Assembly (NCBI GenBank): GCA_030167865.1 | Contig: JALAGF010003400.1 | Location: forward strand, 59,691-79,690 | DNA length: 20,000 bases | Source of the DNA: Craspedostauros australis | Taxonomy: Eukaryota | Direction of reading: 5' to 3' | Shown: piece after piece, positions 1 through 8,586 of the stretch | Layout of the letters: the number at the start of each line of letters is the position of its first letter | Numbering within the stretch: position 1 is the stretch's first letter | Notes under the pieces: generated by a model | The model's database searches: none | Seen by the model: only the letters and a program-made list of their open reading frames with translations | Told to the model about the DNA's origin: nothing | Position numbers and translations under genes: made by a program

Positions 1-1
1 G

Positions 2-328
2 AGCACAACGTTGCTTGATGCGCAAGCGCAGGAGGCGCAACTTCGTACCGAGTCGCAACGGTTGCTTCGCGAGCAGCAAGTCACGAACGATGTTCTGTCC
101 AAGCTGCAAGAAGAAGCAAGGTCGGAAACCGAGCGAGGCAAGATGCAGATGCAAGAGCTGGAGCAGCAGGTCGCCGATCTCACTGCCAACCTTCGCATGC
201 GGCAGCAATTCTCGGAAAGCGCGGAACTGAACAACGCGCAGATCTTTGGTACCGTGGAGAACACTCCCAGCACGAATTCAAGATCATCGAAACGGGGAAA
301 GAAGAAGGGGAGATTCGCGCGCCGATGA
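2..328 (+). CDS. 3' end (5'-partial) of a BRCA1-associated protein 2 / IMP / ETP1-like RING-UBP protein: C-terminal coiled coil and basic tail
   Basis: The frame is open from the window start to TGA at 326-328. The coiled coil '...MQELEQQVADLTANLRMRQQF...ELNNAQIFG...SSKRGKKKGRFARR*' follows the BRAP2 C-terminal pattern (xxELxEQxxDLxxxL..QQ...E...gqI, then a K/R-rich tail). The RING and ZnF-UBP domains would lie upstream of the window. Confidence 0.65.
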   Translation, partial: STTLLDAQAQEAQLRTESQRLLREQQVTNDVLSKLQEEARSETERGKMQMQELEQQVADLTANLRMRQQFSESAELNNAQIFGTVENTPSTNSRSSKRGKKKGRFARR

Positions 329-686
329 TGATTGTTGAGCAGTGCTATTTGTGCGCTTCTCTCCTGCTCTGTTTTGTGCAATGGACATGTGTACCTACTC
401 ACATCTCAGCATCATCAGAACACGAACGACGATGTTAGATCTTGCGAGCAACGGAACTGCTTATATGGTGCGGGCGAGCATGCACGTCACATTCACATAC
501 ATGTTGGTCGAAGAGCGCCAGGGCGTGTGCATCGTTCATTCTTGTCGAATGGCAGCAGTAGAAGCTACATGACAGAGACATGATCAGAGTATTCTGTACA
601 ATTCGACTTAATTAATATAATACATCGCAACATGGGGCATCGCCCAGCTCGGTTGTTTCTCGTCGCTCTTTGAGCCCTTTCAAGTT

Positions 687-1737
687 TCACGGGTTGAGTA
701 ATTGCCACGACTTGTCATCGTCCCAAAGCACATACTGCAATCTGTCCCGTGTGGTTTGCTTCTCCATCATCTGGGAATACCCGCTGCGCGTCTCCTTGAT
801 GTATCGAATGGTCTGTCAATTCATGCAGTCAAGACGGTTGAAGATAGTGGGAGAGGGAGAACAGAATGTGATTGTGAGTTTGCACCATTGTCAGAGCAGT
901 GGTGCCATACTATCGGGTTGAGGCTCGCTATCCAAGACAGTATGGCACCGTAGAGAGCAACACTACGGACGTCAGCATTGACCATCACGAGAGAACCTGC
1001 GTCGGTTCAATGGATGGAACCAGCTCTTCTGTCCCAACAACCCTGACAAGCATTCGTTTCAACCATCGCTTGTCAGCCATTCAACGTATTTGGGCACTCA
1101 CATAGTATGGATTGTCGGGACCATCATCCAGATGGACAGCGAGAACATAGGCGTCATGATACCACACCTCTGTCCTTTTGTGAAAGTATGTCACCCTCTG
1201 GTTCTTGATGAAACGTCCCACCAACATGGCCTCGCATTCTCTAGTCTTCTGATTCTCCAGCAGTGACTCCTTCCACGAAAGCTGAGGCTTCGCAGGGGCT
1301 TCGCAATGATTCTCCACGCCGTGGTCCCGCGATGCGTCAGCGGAATCAGCAGCAGAGGTGGTAGTGAGATTCTCATTTGCATGTTGCTGTTGTTGCTGCT
1401 CATGCTCGCCTTCCGTATCGTGCAAGGAACTTTTGCGGTGCTTGTGATCCTCTTCAAAGTTCGCACTTGATTCCGTTGGTTCGTTCTCGGTGCCATCCGC
1501 CTGACCGCTGGAGTTGCGGCCTCGTTTCGCAACCTTCGCTCGCGATGACTTCGATAACTTATGCGAGGATCTTGCGCTTCCGCTTGCACTTAATGTTGAG
1601 GCAGTCGTGATGGGTGCTTGATCTGCGGATGAGCTGCCGGCCACATCTCCCAGGTCATTTGTATTGTGCTTGGCTTTGCCTTTCGACTTGCCCTTCCTCT
1701 TCTTGCGGTTGGGACTCAAATTGGCGAAGAAGCCCAT
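687..1737 (-). CDS. Two-exon hypothetical protein, 253 aa, join(complement 1102..1737, 687..812). Basic N-terminus, disordered middle, small C-terminal SH3/Tudor-like domain
   Basis: ATG at 1737. The ORF reaches ...DDGPDNPYY, then a GTGAGT donor at 1101. The acceptor TTGACAG at 813 resumes in phase 0 with TIRYIKETRSGYSQMMEKQTTRDRLQYVLWDDDKSWQLLNP* (TGA 687-689). The spliced product gives a coherent motif VxY...AxVxxVHxDD...PYYTI...EKQT..RL. The fold is inferred. Confidence 0.75.
813..1101 (-). other. Spliceosomal intron, 289 bp, phase 0
   Basis: GTGAGT...CTCAC branch-like motif, pyrimidine tract, ...TTGACAG. Removing it restores the reading frame. Confidence 0.75.
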
Positions 1738-2390
1738 CTTGCTCTGTTTGTTGCTGCTTCTGCTGTTGCAGGCTTCTTGCGATGTTAACGCTTTGTCCTT
1801 GATTTATGAGAAGGAGGCGCTCACTGCATGGAAGAGGCAATGGGACTGTTCTGTTGGTGTCATGATGCCTCTCGCTGGCGGTGTTGCTGTCGCTGTCGCT
1901 GTCGCTGGTGTCGATGACGATGATTTGATGCGGGCTTTGTGATGCGTTTGTGGCGTCAAGGTTGGTGAGGACATTTGAGAAGTTGTGAGGTTTGAACTTG
2001 GAAACGTTAATTACACGTTGCGATTTGAGAAAGAAGAACAAACGGTCCAATGATAGAGTCGAACGGATCGAGGCAATATGAAAGTACTTTGGTAATCGGC
2101 CTTGTCCAACATGATCCAAAACAAGCACCATACATTCCACAGCGAAATTGTGTTTTTAATATTTGCAATACTGCTATTTCCACATCGGTTGAAGAAACCG
2201 TTCCAACACGCTCACTCCAATGCGCATCTGCTTTCTCCTGCGTGGGTTGTCCATCAAATCCTTCGCTGGCACAACTCTGCATGGATACTCTCCGCTACAA
2301 GTAGAGTACACATGGTACAGATACCCACCAATTGACCAAGGCAGACTGCAGCTGCAACGAGTGGAAGCAAATCAGGTGTGATACCATACA

Positions 2391-3582
2391 ATGGCATCCC
2401 AAGCGCAAGATGTGGCCGTGACCATGGCGATCGTGCTCGCGACGATGGTGGCTGTCGTGGGTGGTATCTCTGCGCTACAAACCCCATCGAAGGGTGCCGC
2501 ATCGCGCTTCCTCCCGGACCGCACCACAGAGCCATCAAGATACGCCTACGAGATGTTCGTTATGATCTACACGCCGATTTGGATCTTCGTGTTCGGGATC
2601 GTCGTCGTCTTTCAGCTCTACGAGGACTTTGACGCGTGGATGTACATCAAGTTCTGCGGCGGGATGATGATGCCGTTGCTGTTGCAACCGATCGTCTACC
2701 CATCGGCCGGATTCGATTCACCTGATCAGGCACGTCCATTGTTGGAACGCTATTCCTTCAAGGCCAACTTGTGGATTCTCGTGTATTCCTTCATTGGGAA
2801 CTACTGGTACACGCATTGTAAGTCCCATGCAAGAAGTACAGGAAGGCGATTGATGTTGGTTCGGGTTGGAAAGGATTGGGGACACATGCAGAGATGCAGA
2901 TGAGTTGTGTGGATGGGTTACATGGATGAGTTGTGTCAGGAAGGTTGTTGTAACGAATGAAGCGTAGAGGCTCAATCTCTTTGTCTCTCTCCTTGGCTTT
3001 CAGCTTCTCTTCGTTCACTCATCGATCGTTGCAACCCTTTACCCCTGCTCTTCGCTCCCCGCTGCAATGCATCGCACGAGTACTACGCGAACAGACTTCT
3101 ACTCAGTCCTCAAGGCGTCGTATTCCATGCCAAGCCATCGATTGAACAACGTCCCGATAGCCATGATCTTCGCCACCCACTTCTACTTCTCCACCTACCA
3201 CTTCTTTTCTAATGCCATCCTGCGCAAGATCACGACAACATACGCCGCCGGCGCGATGCGCACCGTCCTGTTTTGCAGTGCGATACTGGCGTTCTCCTAC
3301 TTCACAGCCTTCATGGAGACGCTGACGATATCGTCGTATCCGTACTACGCCTTTGAGGATCGGGATATGGCGTACACTGTGGGGTCGGCATTCTACGGCA
3401 TCTACTTCCTCGTGAGCTTTCCGGCGTTCTTTGCCTTCGACCCCAACGTGGACGATCCGAAGCAAACGTCAATGACGGTTTGGGAAGTGATTGTGTCGAG
3501 CTGCGGGTACGGCATGATGATATTGAATCTGTTGGACTTCGTGCGATTGTATTTGGACATTCCGTTGACGGTTGGCGCATGA
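2391..3582 (+). CDS. CPI1: Cycloeucalenol cycloisomerase (cyclopropylsterol isomerase), 304 aa, join(2391..2817, 3095..3582)
   Basis: Multi-pass membrane protein with CPI1 hallmark motifs: YTPIW, RYSFKANLWILVYSFIGNYWYTH-YFYSVLKASY, NNVP, ETLTISSYPYYAFEDR, VGSAFYGIYFLVSFP, ILNLLDFVRL. The GTAAGT donor at 2818 and CAG acceptor at 3094 rejoin T|AC (Tyr) in frame. Confidence 0.95.
2818..3094 (+). other. Spliceosomal intron, 277 bp, phase 1
   Basis: GTAAGT...AACAG. It interrupts the conserved THYF motif of CPI1. Confidence 0.92.
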
Positions 3583-4084
3583 GATGTCGCAAGCGAGATA
3601 CACAGTTATTGCAGGTCGTATCAACGCATCGAACATCACACGAGTATAATACTGTGAGGATAATTTCCACGCGAGCTGTTGAGAGCATTGGGAACGCAAG
3701 TCGCTGCGTGGTGCCTGCAGCAGGTTTAATAGTCTTACGAATATCGTAGCAGCACGTACTCTTGAGCATGTACTTGTAGAATCGAGTGTTGAAGCAAACT
3801 GCGGCGGATGCATGTGTCCAAATTGGTTTCGTTCTACGATGAGGGCTCTCGTGACACATACATATGGTATGTGGTATTAGTACAGTAGTATGATCGTCAG
3901 GCACACCTTGAGTGGAGCATGGCAAGTTGACACATAACTCAACTCAACTCAACTTGGCGCATGTATGGGCATGTCCATCGCTGATTGATAGAGAGTCCTG
4001 GAGTCGTTTCCACCCACGATCAATCAATGTATTCACTCATTCATCTCGGCCGTGCCATGCCATTCCACTGTGGATTTTTGCGAA

Positions 4085-5199
4085 TCAATCAGCGCCACCA
4101 TTCATGTTGCGTTCATTTTCACGAACTTGATCCTCGAGAAGTTGCTGCATGGCCATCATCTCTTCGCGGTTGCCTTGCCCGTTGAAGCCCATGGCGATGG
4201 CCGCCTCACGTTGCCGTCTCAGTTCCACCTTGTGTTCTTGATTCTTGCGACGCAGCTTCTTGCCAGATTTTCGCGCTCCCTGCTCTGGCCTGTTGTTGCC
4301 ATCATCAGCACCATTGACAGCAATTGGTTCGCGATCGCGATCGTTATCTGCTTGCTGCTGCTGTCTCCGTCTGCCTCCGCGATTGTGGTTGTTGTTGTTG
4401 TGATTGTCGCCATCGTCATCATGACGAAATGCCTGCTGATTTGGTATCGCCGCAGCTGCCATTCCCATCCCAACGTGCTGGGCCAGCAATGCGTCTGCAT
4501 CGACACTGCCCAGAATCCGCTGGAAGCCTCGATTGAAGACGGAGTACGCGCTGAGACCTTCCTTGTTCTGGTCATCTCCCAAACCAAACGTGAAGATGGC
4601 AACCAATCCTGACACAATGAGTACCAACGGACCGGCATCCAAGTAGCTGCGGGTGACAAACGAGAAGAGGGAAAGAAAGAGGAAACAAATGAATGGAGAG
4701 GCATGTGAGCGTTGTGTGAGAAAATACGAAGAGCACGGTGAGAAAATCAACTGCGAATGAGCACAGAACAGCACGGGAAAAGGACATAGAGAGACGCTGC
4801 CTCTTTGGCTCCACAGTCGTTCCTTCAAAAAAGCAAACTCCAACACTCCCATAGAATTCGCAATCATTAATCAGCTGAAAGCCGCCGCTCGACTCACTGA
4901 TGCGCCAGCCTGACGAAGTAATAGTACGATAGGACCGCACCGAATCCCATCCACTCTTCCTGGGTCCGCGTGCGCAGGAAAGCCAAGAAGGATGCTGTCC
5001 AGGAAGGTGTCTGCTCCGCGATGTATCGCGTCGTCTGCATCCCTCGCCTCAGGCTTGCTTGGAACTGCGCCACGTCCTTCTTGGAGACGCGGAATGGCTG
5101 CAGCTCATACAGCACGACGTTGAGCCAGCGTTTGGCACGCTCCGCCGTTGTCCCGTCCGTGCGACGGGCATCGTCCCACAGCATTCGAGATCGTTTCAT
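4085..5199 (-). CDS. SAYSD1: SAYSvFN domain-containing membrane protein (SAYSD1-like), 287 aa, join(complement 4898..5199, 4085..4646)
   Basis: The literal SAYSVFN motif (EGLSAYSVFNRGFQRILGSVDADAL) follows a hydrophobic hairpin. The GTGAGT donor at 4897 and CCCGCAG acceptor at 4647 join CA|C (His) in frame. Confidence 0.88.
4647..4897 (-). other. Spliceosomal intron, 251 bp, phase 2
   Basis: GTGAGT donor, several CTCAC branch-like motifs, long pyrimidine tract, GCAG acceptor. Confidence 0.85.
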
Positions 5200-5942
5200 C
5201 GTCCCCCTTTCTCTCGTCGTGACTTTGCTTTGGCCTTCTCGTCTTTGTCTTGCTTGCTGTCTTCTTCGCGCGCTTCTTTCGTCACTCTGGTCTCCTGCTG
5301 GAGATGCAGCTTGGGTTGAATGGATGGAGCTTGGGAACGAGGTTGGAGTGGTCGTTGTGGGTAGAGTGTGCTAATGAAGAGTGTCAAGAGTTGCTCTGAT
5401 TAGAAAATTGGCCGCGCACTCTATTGTCCAAGCATCAAAAGTTGTCTTTTGCCTTCTTTTTGGGCTGTTTGTGTGTGGACAATCGAAATACTGGTTGTGG
5501 ACGTTCGTTCGTGCGTGTGTTCACCGCGTGTTGTTTGTGTCTTGTGCCAGTTTGTGGGATTCGTTGAGTCCACGTAATCAGCGAACGAGACAAAATCGCA
5601 GAAATGGCGCCACGATGGTGGTGACGCACACGCACAGAGAAAACCAAACAAACAAACGGACAAACAGACACACGCATCATCACGCGATCGTCTGTATTGT
5701 TCGTGGAATCATCGGCATCATCTGAAACCCACTATCATCACGTTCGTATTGGTGTCGGCATGGCCTTGTTGCACAGAGTGGAATACCAGAAGCACACATC
5801 ACTCGCAATCTGAACGCATCTGCTCGTCTGAGCACACGCAATGAGGAACCTCTCCGCAGTCATCTCTGCACTGTTGGCCATCGGAGGACAGGACAAGAGC
5901 GCTCCCGCAGCTTCGAGCGCATTCATGCCCACAACGGCCACA

Positions 5943-6503
5943 ATGGCCAAGCATGATGTGACCATCCAAACATTGGCGCAGTGTCCCGCCGACGACATCC
6001 TGTCACCATTTGTGCAGCTCATCAACGATGTCTACGACGTCGCCGAAGATGGCATGTGGAAGATCAAGGGAGTGAGAACGAATCCCGACGAGATCAAGTC
6101 CCTCATTCAAGAAGGGCGGCTGCTCGTGGCGACGATGGAAGGCAGCCCGGCGATTGTGGGTTGCGCCAAGCTCGAGCATGTTGCTGAGGAGAATGGGAAA
6201 TCGAAGATTGGCGAATTTGGAATGCTCGTCGTGGATCCGAACCAACGTGGTCACGGCATCGGTGGCAAGCTGATCGCGGCATCGGAACAGTGGGCGTTGC
6301 AGCAGGGATATACAGAAATGCAGCTGGAGTTGCTGACGCCAAGAGATTGGGAGCAGCCCTCGAAGGAATTCAACAAGAAATGGTACGCGCGGTTGGGTTA
6401 TGTTCCCTTGCGGACGGAGCCATTCGAAAAGGACTATGCGCACCTCACGGAATACCTCGCAACGGATTGTGACTTCACGGTGTGGCGCAAGAAGTTGGAA
6501 TGA
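5943..6503 (+). CDS. GNAT-family N-acetyltransferase, intronless, about 186 aa (alternative in-frame ATGs at 5925 and 5841)
   Basis: Acetyl-CoA-binding motif A 'GMLVVDPNQRGHGIGGKLIAASEQWA', strand 'IVGCAKL', and motif B 'MQLELL...KWYARLGY'. The start codon is uncertain. Confidence 0.92.
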   Translation: MAKHDVTIQTLAQCPADDILSPFVQLINDVYDVAEDGMWKIKGVRTNPDEIKSLIQEGRLLVATMEGSPAIVGCAKLEHVAEENGKSKIGEFGMLVVDPNQRGHGIGGKLIAASEQWALQQGYTEMQLELLTPRDWEQPSKEFNKKWYARLGYVPLRTEPFEKDYAHLTEYLATDCDFTVWRKKLE

Positions 6504-6744
6504 AGGAAAAGGAAAATAGACCAGAGCAGAGCGGAACCAACCGCGTGTTCACATGAATGCGCAGGAGTATCACAAATAAAATAGATACTATGCTCTAAGA
6601 AAGCACTCCATACATCTGGTAGTGTCACAGAATAGATGATGGTTCGTCTCTCCCGCTCTCTTTTTGACCAATAACCTTCTCTGTCTTGGCGAGACAGGCC
6701 GACTCGTTCCTTTGGCCTCGTTTGTTCTGTGCCATATGTCGTGA

Positions 6745-7149
6745 TCATTGCTGTGCATTCCTGACGATGGTGATCGGGATCTTTGCAAAACCCTCCTCGA
6801 CTCTCACACCATCGCGGGGTCCTGTCCACCGCGCATGGCCGGGAGCCGTTCCCTTGTCAGGCGCGACGGACGTCATGAACTCCATCCCTTCCCTCCCATC
6901 CTCCAGCTTGCCAATGTAGGCCTGAACTTGCGGAATCTCGCTGAATTGTCGCGGACGTCCCCACATCTCTCCGCTCTCCAGTTGCTGCCGCGCCACCTCG
7001 TCAGATTGCGTGGGAGATTTTAGGCGATGGAATGGTCCGTACCAAAGCTCCGGTTGCGACGACGACGACGAAGACGACGATGATGAGACATCCTCCTTCT
7101 GATCGTCGGTACGAACAGGAGCACGCTCAGTTGGAGTCGTCATCGCCAT
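6745..7149 (-). CDS. Small hypothetical protein, 134 aa: disordered poly-Ser leader plus a compact ~100-aa domain of bacterial appearance
   Basis: The first ATG is at 7149 (the ORF-track start at 7176 is TTG) and the stop is at 6745-6747. The globular part is GPFHRLKSPTQ...SGEMWG...PQVQAYIG.L....GMEFMTSVAPD.G..PG.ARW.G...GV....GFAKI.I...NAQQ. Composition is protein-like and it converges on the GNAT gene. Confidence 0.75.
   Translation of the reverse strand: MAMTTPTERAPVRTDDQKEDVSSSSSSSSSSQPELWYGPFHRLKSPTQSDEVARQQLESGEMWGRPRQFSEIPQVQAYIGKLEDGREGMEFMTSVAPDKGTAPGHARWTGPRDGVRVEEGFAKIPITIVRNAQQ
7057..7086. repeat. Imperfect (GAC/GAT)n trinucleotide microsatellite encoding poly-Ser on the minus strand
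   Basis: cgacgacgacgacgaagacgacgatgatga is seen directly. Confidence 0.8.
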
Positions 7150-8586
7150 TGACTTTTTGTGCTCTTTGATCTCCAAAGGAAAATGCCAATGGATTCATCC
7201 ATCCAATCTAATGTTTGCTTCTCAATGCTCGGCGTCGTGGTGGTGGCTATCCGTCTCAGGAAGATGATCAACAACAATGGAAGGAGGCGAGGTGGAGTGA
7301 GACGAGGTCAACACATCACCGCGATTGTGCCTTCCGAACCACGATCGTGAATTCCGAGCGCGTTTTGGTCGATGGCGCCACGACTCGAAACAAGTCGTAT
7401 TCGTGAATCAACTTTATCATTTTCTCAGTGTCTGAATCACGGGTATTCCATTCAACAGTTCACATTCTAACTTGGCAGGCTAGAACTAGCAAGAATAGAC
7501 AAACGAACCCAAGCTGCACGAGGTGCTTCGAGGCAAGTGGGTGTGCTGCCACGTGGTGAGGACCTCTGCGCCGTCTTAGAGCTTCGACTGGGCATACCAC
7601 ACGATAGTAATATTTCTGCCTGCTCTATTTCAGGGTAGTGGGACAGAGACCAAAACGTCACGCACGCTTCGCGAGCGACCTACGTTAATACCACTGAAAT
7701 ACGTGTATGCTTGTTCGTGGGAGATAGAAGTCAGGTCGAGCACACAGCGCGTGGGGGTAGTGCAGTTGGTTGGTGGGCTGTGACCACAGTGATGCACCAT
7801 GTGAGTGCACTTCCTTCTCTGCCTTTGAAGGCGGCGGAAGGGCGATTCCGCGTTTCGATGCGGTTGCAAACGCAGCCATCGTCCTCTCATCGTCGTTGCA
7901 GTTGTGCAATGCTGGCGCGAGGCCGTTCTCAACCAGCTGGGTTGGCACTGTATTCCCTTGTGGATCCAAAAGCTCGTAAATGAGTTGGACACGATGGTTT
8001 GAATTGGCCTCGACGGAGCATCATGCATAGTGAGGCCATTGAATGGGTGGTGGCGATCATACGTATAGTAGCCACGTGCATGCCATGCACCAGTACTTGT
8101 TGTGAAGCGCATGTTGGCACGCTGCTCGTTGTCCGGGTTGCCTGGCTTGTGAGGAAGAGAAGAAACGAGCCGAGTTGTGCTGAATTGGAGTGCAGAAGGC
8201 ACCGATGCATGACGGCATCATCAGCTCTTTGCTCGTTCAGAGGTTGCGCAACACCTGCTACGGACATGCGGGGACAGTAGCAAAGGTCCATGACTTTTGC
8301 TGACAACGTCGTTGAGAGTGCTGCTGTGTGATATGTACATATGTTCAGGTTGATGTTTACGATTGGTTTGTTGGTTGTTGTGTTTGTGTGTATTCTATGT
8401 TCAGGTTGATGTAGATGTTGCTGTGCTGACTGCGTTGTGTTCTTGCGTATCGCAGCTGGTCTTCTTTTGTGTTTGTCTTGGAGGTGTCCCCAACGCCCCG
8501 TTGGATAGCTCCGCCCTCGTCCGGCTTGCAAGATCAAGCCATCATGCGATGCTGTTCCTGCCCCCTGCCTGGACGGCGTGCTATCC

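Noticed and set aside
1655-2140. 161-aa minus-strand ORF upstream of the 1737 ATG
   Set aside because: It is in a different frame from the supported gene and covers 5' UTR microsatellite-like and AT-richer promoter sequence.
3923-3956. (AACTC)n run flanked by an 8-bp inverted repeat (caagttga/tcaacttg) between convergent genes
   Set aside because: A short simple repeat that does not match a telomere repeat I recognise. Bacterial-type terminators are not expected here.
4647-4867. Hydrophobic N-terminus of the 260-aa ORF 4085-4867
   Set aside because: It is read-through of the intron's pyrimidine tract. The real first exon is 4898-5199.
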